Assembly: GCA_964580085.1 (NCBI GenBank)
Contig: CAZOJF010000001.1
Coordinates: 1,607 to 65,606 of the forward strand
Length of the DNA: 64,000 nucleotides
Direction of reading: 5' to 3'
Source of the DNA: an uncultured Candidatus Saccharibacteria bacterium
GTDB taxonomy: Bacteria; Patescibacteriota; Minisyncoccia; Minisyncoccales; CG1-02-41-26
A program made the position numbers and the translations under genes. Shown here in pieces: positions 19,812 to 28,079 of the stretch. Positions within the stretch are counted from its first letter, which is position 1; the number at the start of each line of letters is the position of its first letter. Below the pieces are notes generated by a model. The model had not been told where the DNA came from. It made no database searches and saw only the letters and a program-made list of their open reading frames with translations.

Positions 19812-20378
19812 TTATTTATGATTCGACCTTTTTTCTTTTTTAATCATAGCAACTAATTTTTGGACTAATTTTTTTGGGTTTGTATCCGAAACAATCTTTT
19901 TCTTAGGCCTGTACCCTCTTTTCAAAACCTCATCTATCAAGTCAGCTGTTCCTCCCGTCCCTTTTAAAACCCCAATAGGCATTTTACTTTCAAAGGCAAT
20001 TGTGAATTCATTTAAGGTTCCTGTTCTCCCACAAATAATAATGACTCCATCTGCTGCTTTGGTCAATATTAAATTTCTCCCTACATAATCAAATCCTGTA
20101 TAAATAATTAAATCAAATTGGTCAGTCGGAAGATGATATACTTTTACATGTTCTTTTTCGCCGTTAGCCGGAGAAAATCCAATACTCATCCCTTTCTCCT
20201 GTTTGGCCCCTTCAGCTGAATAATAAGGAGCACCCGTAGTAGCCCCTGTTAAAAGAATGCATCCTTGCCTTATGATTTCTCTCCCAATCTCCCTTGATAT
20301 CTCTTTTATGTTTGAACAACAATGTTTTGTGTCTGCCGCCCCAGAAACAACTATTTTATATTTTGATTTATACTGCAT
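19812..20378 (-). CDS. LOG/SLOG family protein (TIGR00725-like)
   Basis: LLTGATTGAP, GRNLIL, GRTGTLNEF, GTGGTAD. Confidence 0.85.
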   Translation of the reverse strand: MQYKSKYKIVVSGAADTKHCCSNIKEISREIGREIIRQGCILLTGATTGAPYYSAEGAKQEKGMSIGFSPANGEKEHVKVYHLPTDQFDLIIYTGFDYVGRNLILTKAADGVIIICGRTGTLNEFTIAFESKMPIGVLKGTGGTADLIDEVLKRGYRPKKKIVSDTNPKKLVQKLVAMIKKEKRSNHK

Positions 20379-20538
20379 ATTTTAGAATATTTATTATTTA
20401 TTTTATTTAATTATATCATATTCGCTCATAATTTGATAATCTGTTCTTTGCTTATTTAATCCTCTTTTAGATAAACATCCCCCCATAATAAAAATCGCCC
20501 GATAATGGGCTTTTTAATTAATCAAAGAATTTTAATCT

Positions 20539-21156
20539 TTAAAGACTTATTTTTTCAATCTCTTTTTTAAAAAAACTCTCTATTTTTAGTTGGTCAACTT
20601 TTTCTTTTAGAAATTGTATCTCAATTTCTTTAATGTCTTTTAAATAAATTAATTGCTCTAAAAACAATCTAGGATCGAATTCTTGCCCATATCTTTTTTT
20701 AGAAAGAGCAATAATCTTTTCTAAAGAAACAACTCCTTTTTTTATAACAAAATATAAATCTACATAATCTCTTAGGGTAGACCTCCTGCCCAAGGCATAC
20801 GCTTTCATCACAGCAATCTCCTCACTTGATAAAATTTTAATCCCTTGATATTCAATGGGCTTTGAAATCATTGGAAAAGCATATTTTATAAAAGAAACAC
20901 TAACTCCATTAATTGTCACTGTTAATTGTTCAGGGTGATTTACAATAATCTCTATTTCCGAACCCTTAAAGATTCTTTGCACTTTAGGAAGTAATCCTTT
21001 TGGGATCTCTTTTCCCCAAAAAAAATCAAAATCAACTGAGACTCTGTGGCCTAATTGTAAGGACATACCTGTCCCACCAGCTAAATAGAACTCCGGGAAA
21101 TTCTTAAGTTTGTTAAATATTTTTTTGGCTTCTGATGTAATCGCTTCTTGATGCAT
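20539..21156 (-). CDS. AbiEii/AbiGii-family nucleotidyltransferase (putative type IV TA toxin)
   Basis: FYLAGGTGMSLQLGHRVSVDFDFF, MKAYALGRR, RDYVDLY. Confidence 0.88.
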   Translation of the reverse strand: MHQEAITSEAKKIFNKLKNFPEFYLAGGTGMSLQLGHRVSVDFDFFWGKEIPKGLLPKVQRIFKGSEIEIIVNHPEQLTVTINGVSVSFIKYAFPMISKPIEYQGIKILSSEEIAVMKAYALGRRSTLRDYVDLYFVIKKGVVSLEKIIALSKKRYGQEFDPRLFLEQLIYLKDIKEIEIQFLKEKVDQLKIESFFKKEIEKISL

Positions 21157-21427
21157 ATTTTAATTTTTTAATACCGAGTAAAAGAGAAACTAATTTTAGG
21201 GCAGGAGCCCTAAATTCCGTTTGGGGAATCTCTTCAATAAATCTCTTTACATTTTCTTTCCCATAAAATTTAAATACCCAAAGCCAATGTTCCCATTTAC
21301 CATAATTAACAGTATTGATAATTATTGTTCTCTTGTTTTTCTGAAGATTAATTGAAGAAAATTTGTATGACCAAAATAAGGGCTTAAAGAATGAGGGGAT
21401 TTTTGAATTTTTAGTTTCTATCTTCAT
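21113..21427 (-). CDS. Small partner of AbiEii (DUF6922-like putative antitoxin)
   Basis: PLFWSY...IIINTVNYG..W.WVFKFYG; overlaps the toxin start; TGATATAAT 6 nt before the ATG. Confidence 0.7.
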   Translation of the reverse strand: MKIETKNSKIPSFFKPLFWSYKFSSINLQKNKRTIIINTVNYGKWEHWLWVFKFYGKENVKRFIEEIPQTEFRAPALKLVSLLLGIKKLKYASRSDYIRSQKNI

Positions 21428-21449
21428 GTTTTAATTATATCACAGATAT

Positions 21450-21782
21450 TTACTTAAAATTTATTCTAAATTCATATCCGTACTTCTTAAATCCTAATTT
21501 ATCGTAGAAACTATGAATGCCAGGCTTAGTGAGACGACTAGTACAAATTAGTTTATAACATCCAGATTCTTTTGCTTTTTCAATTAAAATATTCATAATT
21601 TTCGTGCCGTATCCTTTGCCCTGATAATCTTCTTGCACATAAACATCTTCTATAAAACCAAACGGCTCTGGATGCAAATCATTTTTTAAAACATAAAGCC
21701 GCGCCCTAGCGACTTCTTTACCTTCTTCTGATATTAAGAACTTAAAGCCCTCTCCTGAAATCTTTTCAATTTTAGTTTCCAT
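21450..21782 (-). CDS. GNAT acetyltransferase
   Basis: IEDVYVQEDYQGKGYGT, FYDKLGF. Confidence 0.88.
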   Translation of the reverse strand: METKIEKISGEGFKFLISEEGKEVARARLYVLKNDLHPEPFGFIEDVYVQEDYQGKGYGTKIMNILIEKAKESGCYKLICTSRLTKPGIHSFYDKLGFKKYGYEFRINFK

Positions 21783-21792
21783 ATTTTTTTAA

Positions 21793-23592
21793 TTACTCCA
21801 CTGTAACGCTTTTGGCCAAGTGCCTAGGCTTATCCGCGTCTAATCCTTTCAAATCAGCTGCATAATAAGCCAAAAGCTGAAGAGGAATAACATTTAATAT
21901 GGGCGACAAGCATTCTTTTGTCTCCGGAACCCTAATGACATAATCAGCGAATTTGTTAATTCTCTTATCTGTTTTGTTGGCTAGGACAATCACTTTCCCT
22001 TTTCTCGCTTTAATTTCTTGGATATTGCTCATAATCTTTTCATATGTGGAGCTTTTAGTGGCTAAAAAAACAACCGGCATATCTTTGTCAATTAAGGCAA
22101 TAGGTCCGTGTTTCATTTCGCCAGAGGGATATCCTTCGGCATGGATATAAGAAATTTCTTTTAACTTTAAAGCGCCTTCTAAAGCAACTGGAAAATTAAC
22201 CCCTCTGCCTAAATAAAGAAATCCCTTACTATTTTTTAGTTTTTTGGCTATCTGCTTTATCTTTTCCTTGTCTTTCAAAATCTTTTTAACTTTTAAAGGG
22301 ATACTTTTTATTTCCGTTAAAATATGCGTATCTACTTTTAACCCTTTCTCCTGTCTGAGATATAAGGCCAATAGGGTTAAAGTCATCAATTGAGAGGTAA
22401 ACGCTTTTGTAGATGCAACCCCTATCTCTGGCCCAGCGTGCAGAAATATGCCCGAATCCACCTCTCTGGAAATTGTTGAACCAACTACATTTATTATGCC
22501 TAGAGTTTCAGCACCTTTTTTCTTCGCCTCTCTAAGAGCTTCTAATGTATCTGCTGTTTCTCCTGATTGAGAAATCCCCATTACAACATCTCCTGGCCCA
22601 ATTAGCGGGTTTCTATATCTAAACTCTGACGCGTAATCTACTTCTACTGGGATCTTAGAAAATTTTTCAATTAAGTATTTAGAAATAAGAGCTGCGTGCC
22701 AGCTGGTACCACAAGATACAATAATAATTCTTTTAATTGCTTTTACGTCAACATTCAAAGATAATTTTATCTGTCCTTTTTTAATCCTGCCTCTTAAAGC
22801 ATTTCTTAAACTTTCGGGCTGTTCAAATATCTCTTTTAACATAAAATGTTTAAATCCTTTCTTCTCTAGTTGGCCTATATTCCATTTTATTTCTTTAACT
22901 TTCTTTTCAACTTCCTGCCCTTTAAAGTTTTTGATTTTAAATCTATTTCTATATATATCTGCTATTTGTCCATCTTTTAGATAAACAACTTTTTTGGTAT
23001 ATTTTAAAATTGCCGAAGTGTCTGAAGCCACAAACATTTCTCCATCGCCAACGCCTATAACCAAAGGAGAGCCCTTTCTAACGGCAATAATTCTATTCTC
23101 ATCTTTATGGAGTATAGCTAAACCAAAAGCACCTTCTAGGAGTTCTACGGTTTTTATAACTGCTTTTTCAAGATCTCCTTGATAAAACTTTTCTATTAAA
23201 TGAGGGATAACTTCTGAATCTGTTTCTGATAAAAAAATATGTCCTTCTTTTTTAAGTAAATCTTTCAAAGCTTGGTAGTTTTCAATTATGCCATTATGGA
23301 CTACGGTTATTTCTCCTTTACAGTCCAGGTGGGGATGAGCATTTTTTCTTGATGGTTCTCCATGAGTTGCCCAGCGAGTATGGGCGATACCAATATTACC
23401 AGGCAAATTTTTTAACTCTGGTATTTTTTTAAATTGAGAAACCTTGCCTTTTCTTTTTAATACCTCTAAATGATGATTGATTTTGACGCAAATCCCCACG
23501 CTATCATATCCTCTGTATTCCAGCCGTTCTAGTCCTTGAATTAAAATTGGGACTGCATTTTTTTTACCGATATAACCAATTATTCCGCACAT
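21793..23592 (-). CDS. glmS: Glutamine-fructose-6-phosphate aminotransferase
   Basis: MCGIIG, HTRWATHG, SQSGETAD, EMKHGPIAL, LAKSVTVE. Confidence 0.98.
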   Translation of the reverse strand: MCGIIGYIGKKNAVPILIQGLERLEYRGYDSVGICVKINHHLEVLKRKGKVSQFKKIPELKNLPGNIGIAHTRWATHGEPSRKNAHPHLDCKGEITVVHNGIIENYQALKDLLKKEGHIFLSETDSEVIPHLIEKFYQGDLEKAVIKTVELLEGAFGLAILHKDENRIIAVRKGSPLVIGVGDGEMFVASDTSAILKYTKKVVYLKDGQIADIYRNRFKIKNFKGQEVEKKVKEIKWNIGQLEKKGFKHFMLKEIFEQPESLRNALRGRIKKGQIKLSLNVDVKAIKRIIIVSCGTSWHAALISKYLIEKFSKIPVEVDYASEFRYRNPLIGPGDVVMGISQSGETADTLEALREAKKKGAETLGIINVVGSTISREVDSGIFLHAGPEIGVASTKAFTSQLMTLTLLALYLRQEKGLKVDTHILTEIKSIPLKVKKILKDKEKIKQIAKKLKNSKGFLYLGRGVNFPVALEGALKLKEISYIHAEGYPSGEMKHGPIALIDKDMPVVFLATKSSTYEKIMSNIQEIKARKGKVIVLANKTDKRINKFADYVIRVPETKECLSPILNVIPLQLLAYYAADLKGLDADKPRHLAKSVTVE

Positions 23593-23602
23593 AAGATTTA
23601 AT

Positions 23603-24292
23603 TTATTTTTTAGCTATTAGATAAATGTTTTTTCTATTTCCTCTCTCATTTGTTGTAACCCCTTGTTTAATAATTTTAAACATTGCTTGTTTGGCTAAAT
23701 TTGTTAATTCTTTCTCTAAAAAATAATGGAAATATCTTTCAGCACGTTTATCCCCCCAAGGCCTGATAATATCACCTTTTTCTAGTCTCCCTGTCAATTT
23801 CAATGCCGTACGTTTAAAAAATAAGTTTAAATTCTTCTTGGATTCTGGTTGCCAAACTGTTAAGATAAAAAAGCCATTTGACTTTAATATTCTTCTAACT
23901 TCTTCTAAAAATTGTATTCTGAATTCTTCTGATGGGATATGATGTAAAACAGCAATGCTATATACTTTATCAAAATAGTTATTAGGGAAAGGAAGGTTTA
24001 AAGCATCCGCTATTTGAAACTTTACTTTAGGATAATTTTGTTTAGCAATCTCAATCAGTTTTTCTGAAAAATCAACTCCAATATAATCAATATCTTTATC
24101 TGCCAAAAATTGGAGAAAGCGGCCATTGCCACAACCTAAGTCTAAAACCTTGTCCCCGGGTATAATATAATCATTAAATAAAAACTCTACCTCTGGCCAA
24201 ATTTGCCCCCTAGTTGCTGAAAACTCTTGAGCGATTTTATTATAATCTTGTTTTGTTTTTTTTAATAAATTTTCCGCGTATTTTTTCTTCAT
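23603..24292 (-). CDS. Class I SAM methyltransferase, Trm9/ALKBH8-like (putative tRNA cm5U34 methyltransferase)
   Basis: YNKIAQEFSATR..W, LDLGCGNGR, ADALNLPF, SIAVLHHI, LTVW, RYFHYF...EL. Confidence 0.75.
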   Translation of the reverse strand: MKKKYAENLLKKTKQDYNKIAQEFSATRGQIWPEVEFLFNDYIIPGDKVLDLGCGNGRFLQFLADKDIDYIGVDFSEKLIEIAKQNYPKVKFQIADALNLPFPNNYFDKVYSIAVLHHIPSEEFRIQFLEEVRRILKSNGFFILTVWQPESKKNLNLFFKRTALKLTGRLEKGDIIRPWGDKRAERYFHYFLEKELTNLAKQAMFKIIKQGVTTNERGNRKNIYLIAKK

Positions 24293-24297
24293 ATTAT

Positions 24298-25884
24298 ATG
24301 GAAGCTAAAACAATTAAATTAATATTTCAAGAACTTATTAAAACCCGAATTAAGAATCGGAAAGATTTAGATTCTTTTAAAAGGAAAATGGCTAAAAAGT
24401 ATAAAATTCCTTGTTTTAAAAATATAGAGCTACTTAAAATTTATCATAAATTAGACCAAAATAAAAGAAGAAAATTACCAAAAAATATTGAAAACTCATT
24501 AAGAATCCGTCCTATCCGTTCTCTTTCTGGGATTATTAATGTATCTATTCTAACCAAACCATATCCTTGTCCGGGAAAATGTATTTATTGTCCCAGTCAA
24601 AAGAATATTCCAAAAAGTTATTTAGAAGGTGAACCAGCTGTTCAAAGAGCAGTTTTAACTAACTTTGACCCCTATCTTCAAGTTCAAACTAGGCTAGAAA
24701 GCTTGGAAAAAATTGGGCATCCTATAGATAAAATTGAATTAAGAATAATTGGTGGAACTTGGAGTTATTATAAAAAACAATATCAAACTTGGTTTATAAA
24801 AAAGTGTTTTGCTTGCACTAACCAATATGGGAAAAGAAATAAACCACAAACAAAAACCTTAAAAGAGCTCCAAAAGGTAAACGAAAAAACAAAATGTAAA
24901 ATTATTGGGATTACAATTGAAACAAGACCCGACTATATAAATATGAAAGAAATAAAAAGAATGAGAATCCTGGGGATAACTAGAGTGGAATTGGGAGTCC
25001 AAACTATTTATAATGATATTCTAAAAATAAATAAAAGAGGGCATAATATTGAATCAACAATTAAGGCTACCAAGCTTTTAAAAAATGCCGGGTTTAAAGT
25101 TTCTTATCAAATGATGCCAAATCTTCTGGGCTCTACTTTTAAAAAAGACGTTGAAATGTTTGAACAACTTTTCTCAAATCCTGATTTCCAACCAGATCTT
25201 TTAAAAATCTATCCCTTGGCTCTAGTAAAACAATCTGCTTTATATAAAATTTATAAAAAAAATAAATTTAAACCATATTCTAAAAATAAATTAATTAAAC
25301 TTTTAATTGAAATTAAAAAACAAATTCCTTATCAATGTAGAATTCAAAGAATTATTAGGGACATTCCTTCAAAATATATTATCGAAGGAGGGGTTAAAGT
25401 GTCAAACCTAAGAGAAGTTGTTCAAAAACAGATGCAAGAACAAGGACTAAAATGCAAATGTATAAGATGTAGAGAAATTAAAAAAGAATACAACAATAAA
25501 GAAAAGATTTATCTGTTCCGAAAAGACTATAATGCTTCAGGAGGAAAAGAAATCTTTTTAAGTTTTGAAAATAAAAAGAGAGATAAACTTTATGCTCTTT
25601 TGCGCTTAAGAATTTCTACAAAGAAAAATTATTTACCGGTTTTAGATAAAGCAGGAATAATTAGAGAAATTCATACCTACGGGCAAATGACTCCCGTGGG
25701 CAATAAACCATCATCCTCACAACATAGAGGGCTAGGGAAAAAACTAATGAAAAAAGCGGAACAAATTGTAAAAAAAGAATTCCAGATAAATAAAATGGCT
25801 GTAATATCTGGAATCGGAGTACGCGGATATTATAAAAAATTAGGGTATAAATTAAAAGATACTTATATGGTAAAGAAAATATAA
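24298..25884 (+). CDS. elp3: Elp3 tRNA uridine(34) carboxymethyltransferase (radical SAM + KAT)
   Basis: CPGKCIYCP, PKSY, GGTW, ETRPD, VELGVQ, RIQRIIRDIP, CIRCRE, REIHTYG, QHRGLG, GVRGYYKKLGY; start MEAKT at 24298. Confidence 0.95.
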   Translation: MEAKTIKLIFQELIKTRIKNRKDLDSFKRKMAKKYKIPCFKNIELLKIYHKLDQNKRRKLPKNIENSLRIRPIRSLSGIINVSILTKPYPCPGKCIYCPSQKNIPKSYLEGEPAVQRAVLTNFDPYLQVQTRLESLEKIGHPIDKIELRIIGGTWSYYKKQYQTWFIKKCFACTNQYGKRNKPQTKTLKELQKVNEKTKCKIIGITIETRPDYINMKEIKRMRILGITRVELGVQTIYNDILKINKRGHNIESTIKATKLLKNAGFKVSYQMMPNLLGSTFKKDVEMFEQLFSNPDFQPDLLKIYPLALVKQSALYKIYKKNKFKPYSKNKLIKLLIEIKKQIPYQCRIQRIIRDIPSKYIIEGGVKVSNLREVVQKQMQEQGLKCKCIRCREIKKEYNNKEKIYLFRKDYNASGGKEIFLSFENKKRDKLYALLRLRISTKKNYLPVLDKAGIIREIHTYGQMTPVGNKPSSSQHRGLGKKLMKKAEQIVKKEFQINKMAVISGIGVRGYYKKLGYKLKDTYMVKKI

Positions 25885-25914
25885 TCGTAAATTAAAAATA
25901 AGGAGGTAAGAAAA

Positions 25915-26085
25915 TTGGGAAAATCGACTGATGCTAAAGAGATAAAAACATATAAAAATAGGAAAGAAATGGAAAGAATAAAACCCAGAGTCTATTGTCT
26001 GTCAAATTTTAATGTTTTTGATATAATTAAAACACAGTTAAATAGTAGTTTATTAAGAGCACAGGGAAGAAAACTGACCCGATAA
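25915..26085 (+). CDS. Possible 56-aa small ORF or gene remnant (TTG start)
   Basis: AAGGAGGT Shine-Dalgarno directly upstream; MGKSTDAKEIKTYKNRKEMERIKPRVYC...; runs into the riboswitch-like element. Confidence 0.3.
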   Translation: MGKSTDAKEIKTYKNRKEMERIKPRVYCLSNFNVFDIIKTQLNSSLLRAQGRKLTR

Positions 26086-26158
26086 TCCTCCCAGCAACCC
26101 TTAAAAGTAACTTTTTAAGAAGGTGTTAAATTCAGTCCATAATCAGGGTAAGTGAATT
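26048..26158 (+). promoter_or_regulatory. SAM-I-family (S-box)-like riboswitch, degenerate
   Basis: TTATTAAGAG...ACTGACCCGAT...CAGCAACC-[cttaaaag/cttttaag hairpin]-AAGGTGTTAAATTCAG; pseudoknot CTGA/TCAG; TGATATAAT at 26019-26027. Confidence 0.65.
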
Positions 26159-26192
26159 TATTATTGGTAATTAGTTTTAATTAAATAAATCT

Positions 26193-26600
26193 ATGAAAAA
26201 TAAAACTAAAGAAGACGAAAGTAAAATATCAACAAATCAAAAAAAATCTGAAAATGATATTTATACTCATAATAAACGTGGAAAAGTATTTGACAATATA
26301 ATTATAAAAGAAAAAAACCCAAAAGTATCTAAAAAAACATTTATCCAAATTTTTATTTCCATATTATTACCTTTTCTTTTTTGGTTACTTGTTGTAAAGT
26401 CTTCTGAACAATTATGGTCTTTTGTTTTTTTCATGCCATTAATTGTAATATGGTTAATTATTTTATTTATATGGCTGATTATAGACTCTATCATGTCTAT
26501 CAAAAGTAGAAAAAGTAATACTCCAGAATTTGTGATTTTTGGAGTTAATCTTATCTTCTGGCTATGTTTTATACTTAGAATAAGTGGTCTTCTCGGCTGA
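26193..26600 (+). CDS. Hypothetical membrane protein (about 3 TM)
   Basis: Hydrophobic C-terminal two thirds; lies between the riboswitch-like element and a terminator. Confidence 0.55.
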   Translation: MKNKTKEDESKISTNQKKSENDIYTHNKRGKVFDNIIIKEKNPKVSKKTFIQIFISILLPFLFWLLVVKSSEQLWSFVFFMPLIVIWLIILFIWLIIDSIMSIKSRKSNTPEFVIFGVNLIFWLCFILRISGLLG

Positions 26601-26651
26601 TTTTGATAAATTAATTTCATCTGCATTAATTCTCAAATAAAAGTTTATATT

Positions 26652-26684
26652 AAAAAACTGTCTCTCTCACCAGAGGCAGTTTTT
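26652..26684. terminator. Bidirectional intrinsic terminator
   Basis: AAAAACTGTCTCT-ctcacc-AGAGGCAGTTTTT. Confidence 0.7.
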
Positions 26685-26697
26685 ATTTGTACCAAAT

Positions 26698-27645
26698 TTA
26701 TACTCTAGAAACTCTAGTTAACCCTGAACAAGGAATAATTTCTATGCCTTGTTTTTCTATCTCATCCAAAAATAAGTTTACACCTATAGAGTCAGAGGAC
26801 ATGTGTCCAGCAATTATCACATTCAAATTTGCTTCTTCTGCTTCTTTTTTATGTTCTTCTGAAATATGCATGCCTATAATTGTACCAATCCCTGCCTGGG
26901 CTATTTTAGCATAAAGTTTGGGAGATCCTTCTGTGCCACCAGTAATTTCTGTTAAAGCGATTTTACCACAACGATTTTCGGGAGAACCAACAAAGATCTT
27001 GGGCCCCACTCCAATTTTACATGCTTCTTTATATTCGGGAATTTCTTTTAAAAGTTTGATTATATCTTCAACTGTTTCTATGTCTTTGTTTGCTTCAATT
27101 TTTTCTTTCAAAAATTTTGCTGCTAAGTTATCGCAAGGAGTATGACAATTCATTAAATTAAATTGCATAATCCGAGCTGCATCTACTGTCCTCTGATGGT
27201 TAATGCCATTAACCCCCCTAGCCACTTCGGAAATCCTTTCCTTCATCAACCCCTCTGCAATATTTATTGGAACTCCATATTTATTCAAAACATCACATTG
27301 AAGATCCATTACATCTGCTAAATGGGCCAATGCTTTCCCCGTGGGATGATGAGAAACTATTAGATCAATATCCCCAATCTCTTTAGCCATTAAAATTTCT
27401 GCTGGGCCTATGTCAATACCAACTAATATTTTTTTAATCTCTTTATCTTCAGAAATATTTAAAACTCTGGAATCTAAATATGGATTTTCTAAAGAATTTA
27501 TATCAAAATATTCCTTCTTTTCAGGAGAGAGTTTCTCGTATTTCTCTTTTTTCTTTTTCAAGAATTTTTTAACACCTTCAACTTCTCGGAAGTCAGATTC
27601 TATCCCCATTTTAATTGCCAAGTCGAATACTTCTTTTGTCTTCAT
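26698..27645 (-). CDS. NIF3/DUF34-like dinuclear metal protein
   Basis: VSHHP, HTPCDN, AGHMSSDSIG. Confidence 0.8.
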   Translation of the reverse strand: MKTKEVFDLAIKMGIESDFREVEGVKKFLKKKKEKYEKLSPEKKEYFDINSLENPYLDSRVLNISEDKEIKKILVGIDIGPAEILMAKEIGDIDLIVSHHPTGKALAHLADVMDLQCDVLNKYGVPINIAEGLMKERISEVARGVNGINHQRTVDAARIMQFNLMNCHTPCDNLAAKFLKEKIEANKDIETVEDIIKLLKEIPEYKEACKIGVGPKIFVGSPENRCGKIALTEITGGTEGSPKLYAKIAQAGIGTIIGMHISEEHKKEAEEANLNVIIAGHMSSDSIGVNLFLDEIEKQGIEIIPCSGLTRVSRV

Positions 27646-27653
27646 ATTTTTAT

Positions 27654-28043
27654 TTATTTTTTAAACCAACCTTCTACCTCTTTAACTAATTGCGAAGGAA
27701 TAAGGTCTGTTTTTAGAATATATTTCTCTACCTTTAACTTTCTGCTTACTATTTTTAAATCGGGGTTAGTATAATTTGTCAAAATAAAAAAAGGAATATT
27801 ATCTATCCCTTTTTGTGATCTGGCTTTTTTTAAAACCTCTATCCCATTAATATCTGGCAAAACTAAGTCTAGAAGGACTAAGTCGGGCTTATCTTCAACC
27901 CCTCTGGCTATTTTTTCTAATTTTTCCATTGCATCTTTAGAGCACTCTGCTGTTTCAACTTTAAAACCGGCCTTTTTTAAAACCGTAGTATAAATATCAA
28001 TTATACAAGAATCATCTTCTACTAATAAGATTTTTTTAGACAT
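27654..28043 (-). CDS. Stand-alone response regulator receiver (CheY-like)
   Basis: ILLVEDD, PDLVLLDLVLPDINGIEVL, ILTN, YILK. Confidence 0.92.
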   Translation of the reverse strand: MSKKILLVEDDSCIIDIYTTVLKKAGFKVETAECSKDAMEKLEKIARGVEDKPDLVLLDLVLPDINGIEVLKKARSQKGIDNIPFFILTNYTNPDLKIVSRKLKVEKYILKTDLIPSQLVKEVEGWFKK

Positions 28044-28079
28044 TTTTTTATTAAAATTATATATTGTTATTATATCTTA

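Noticed and set aside
23593-23602. glmS ribozyme
   Set aside because: Only 10 bp separate glmS from the upstream gene, leaving no room
24214-24297. N-terminal extension of Elp3 from TTG 24214
   Set aside because: Overlaps the methyltransferase on the opposite strand; ATG 24298 is more plausible
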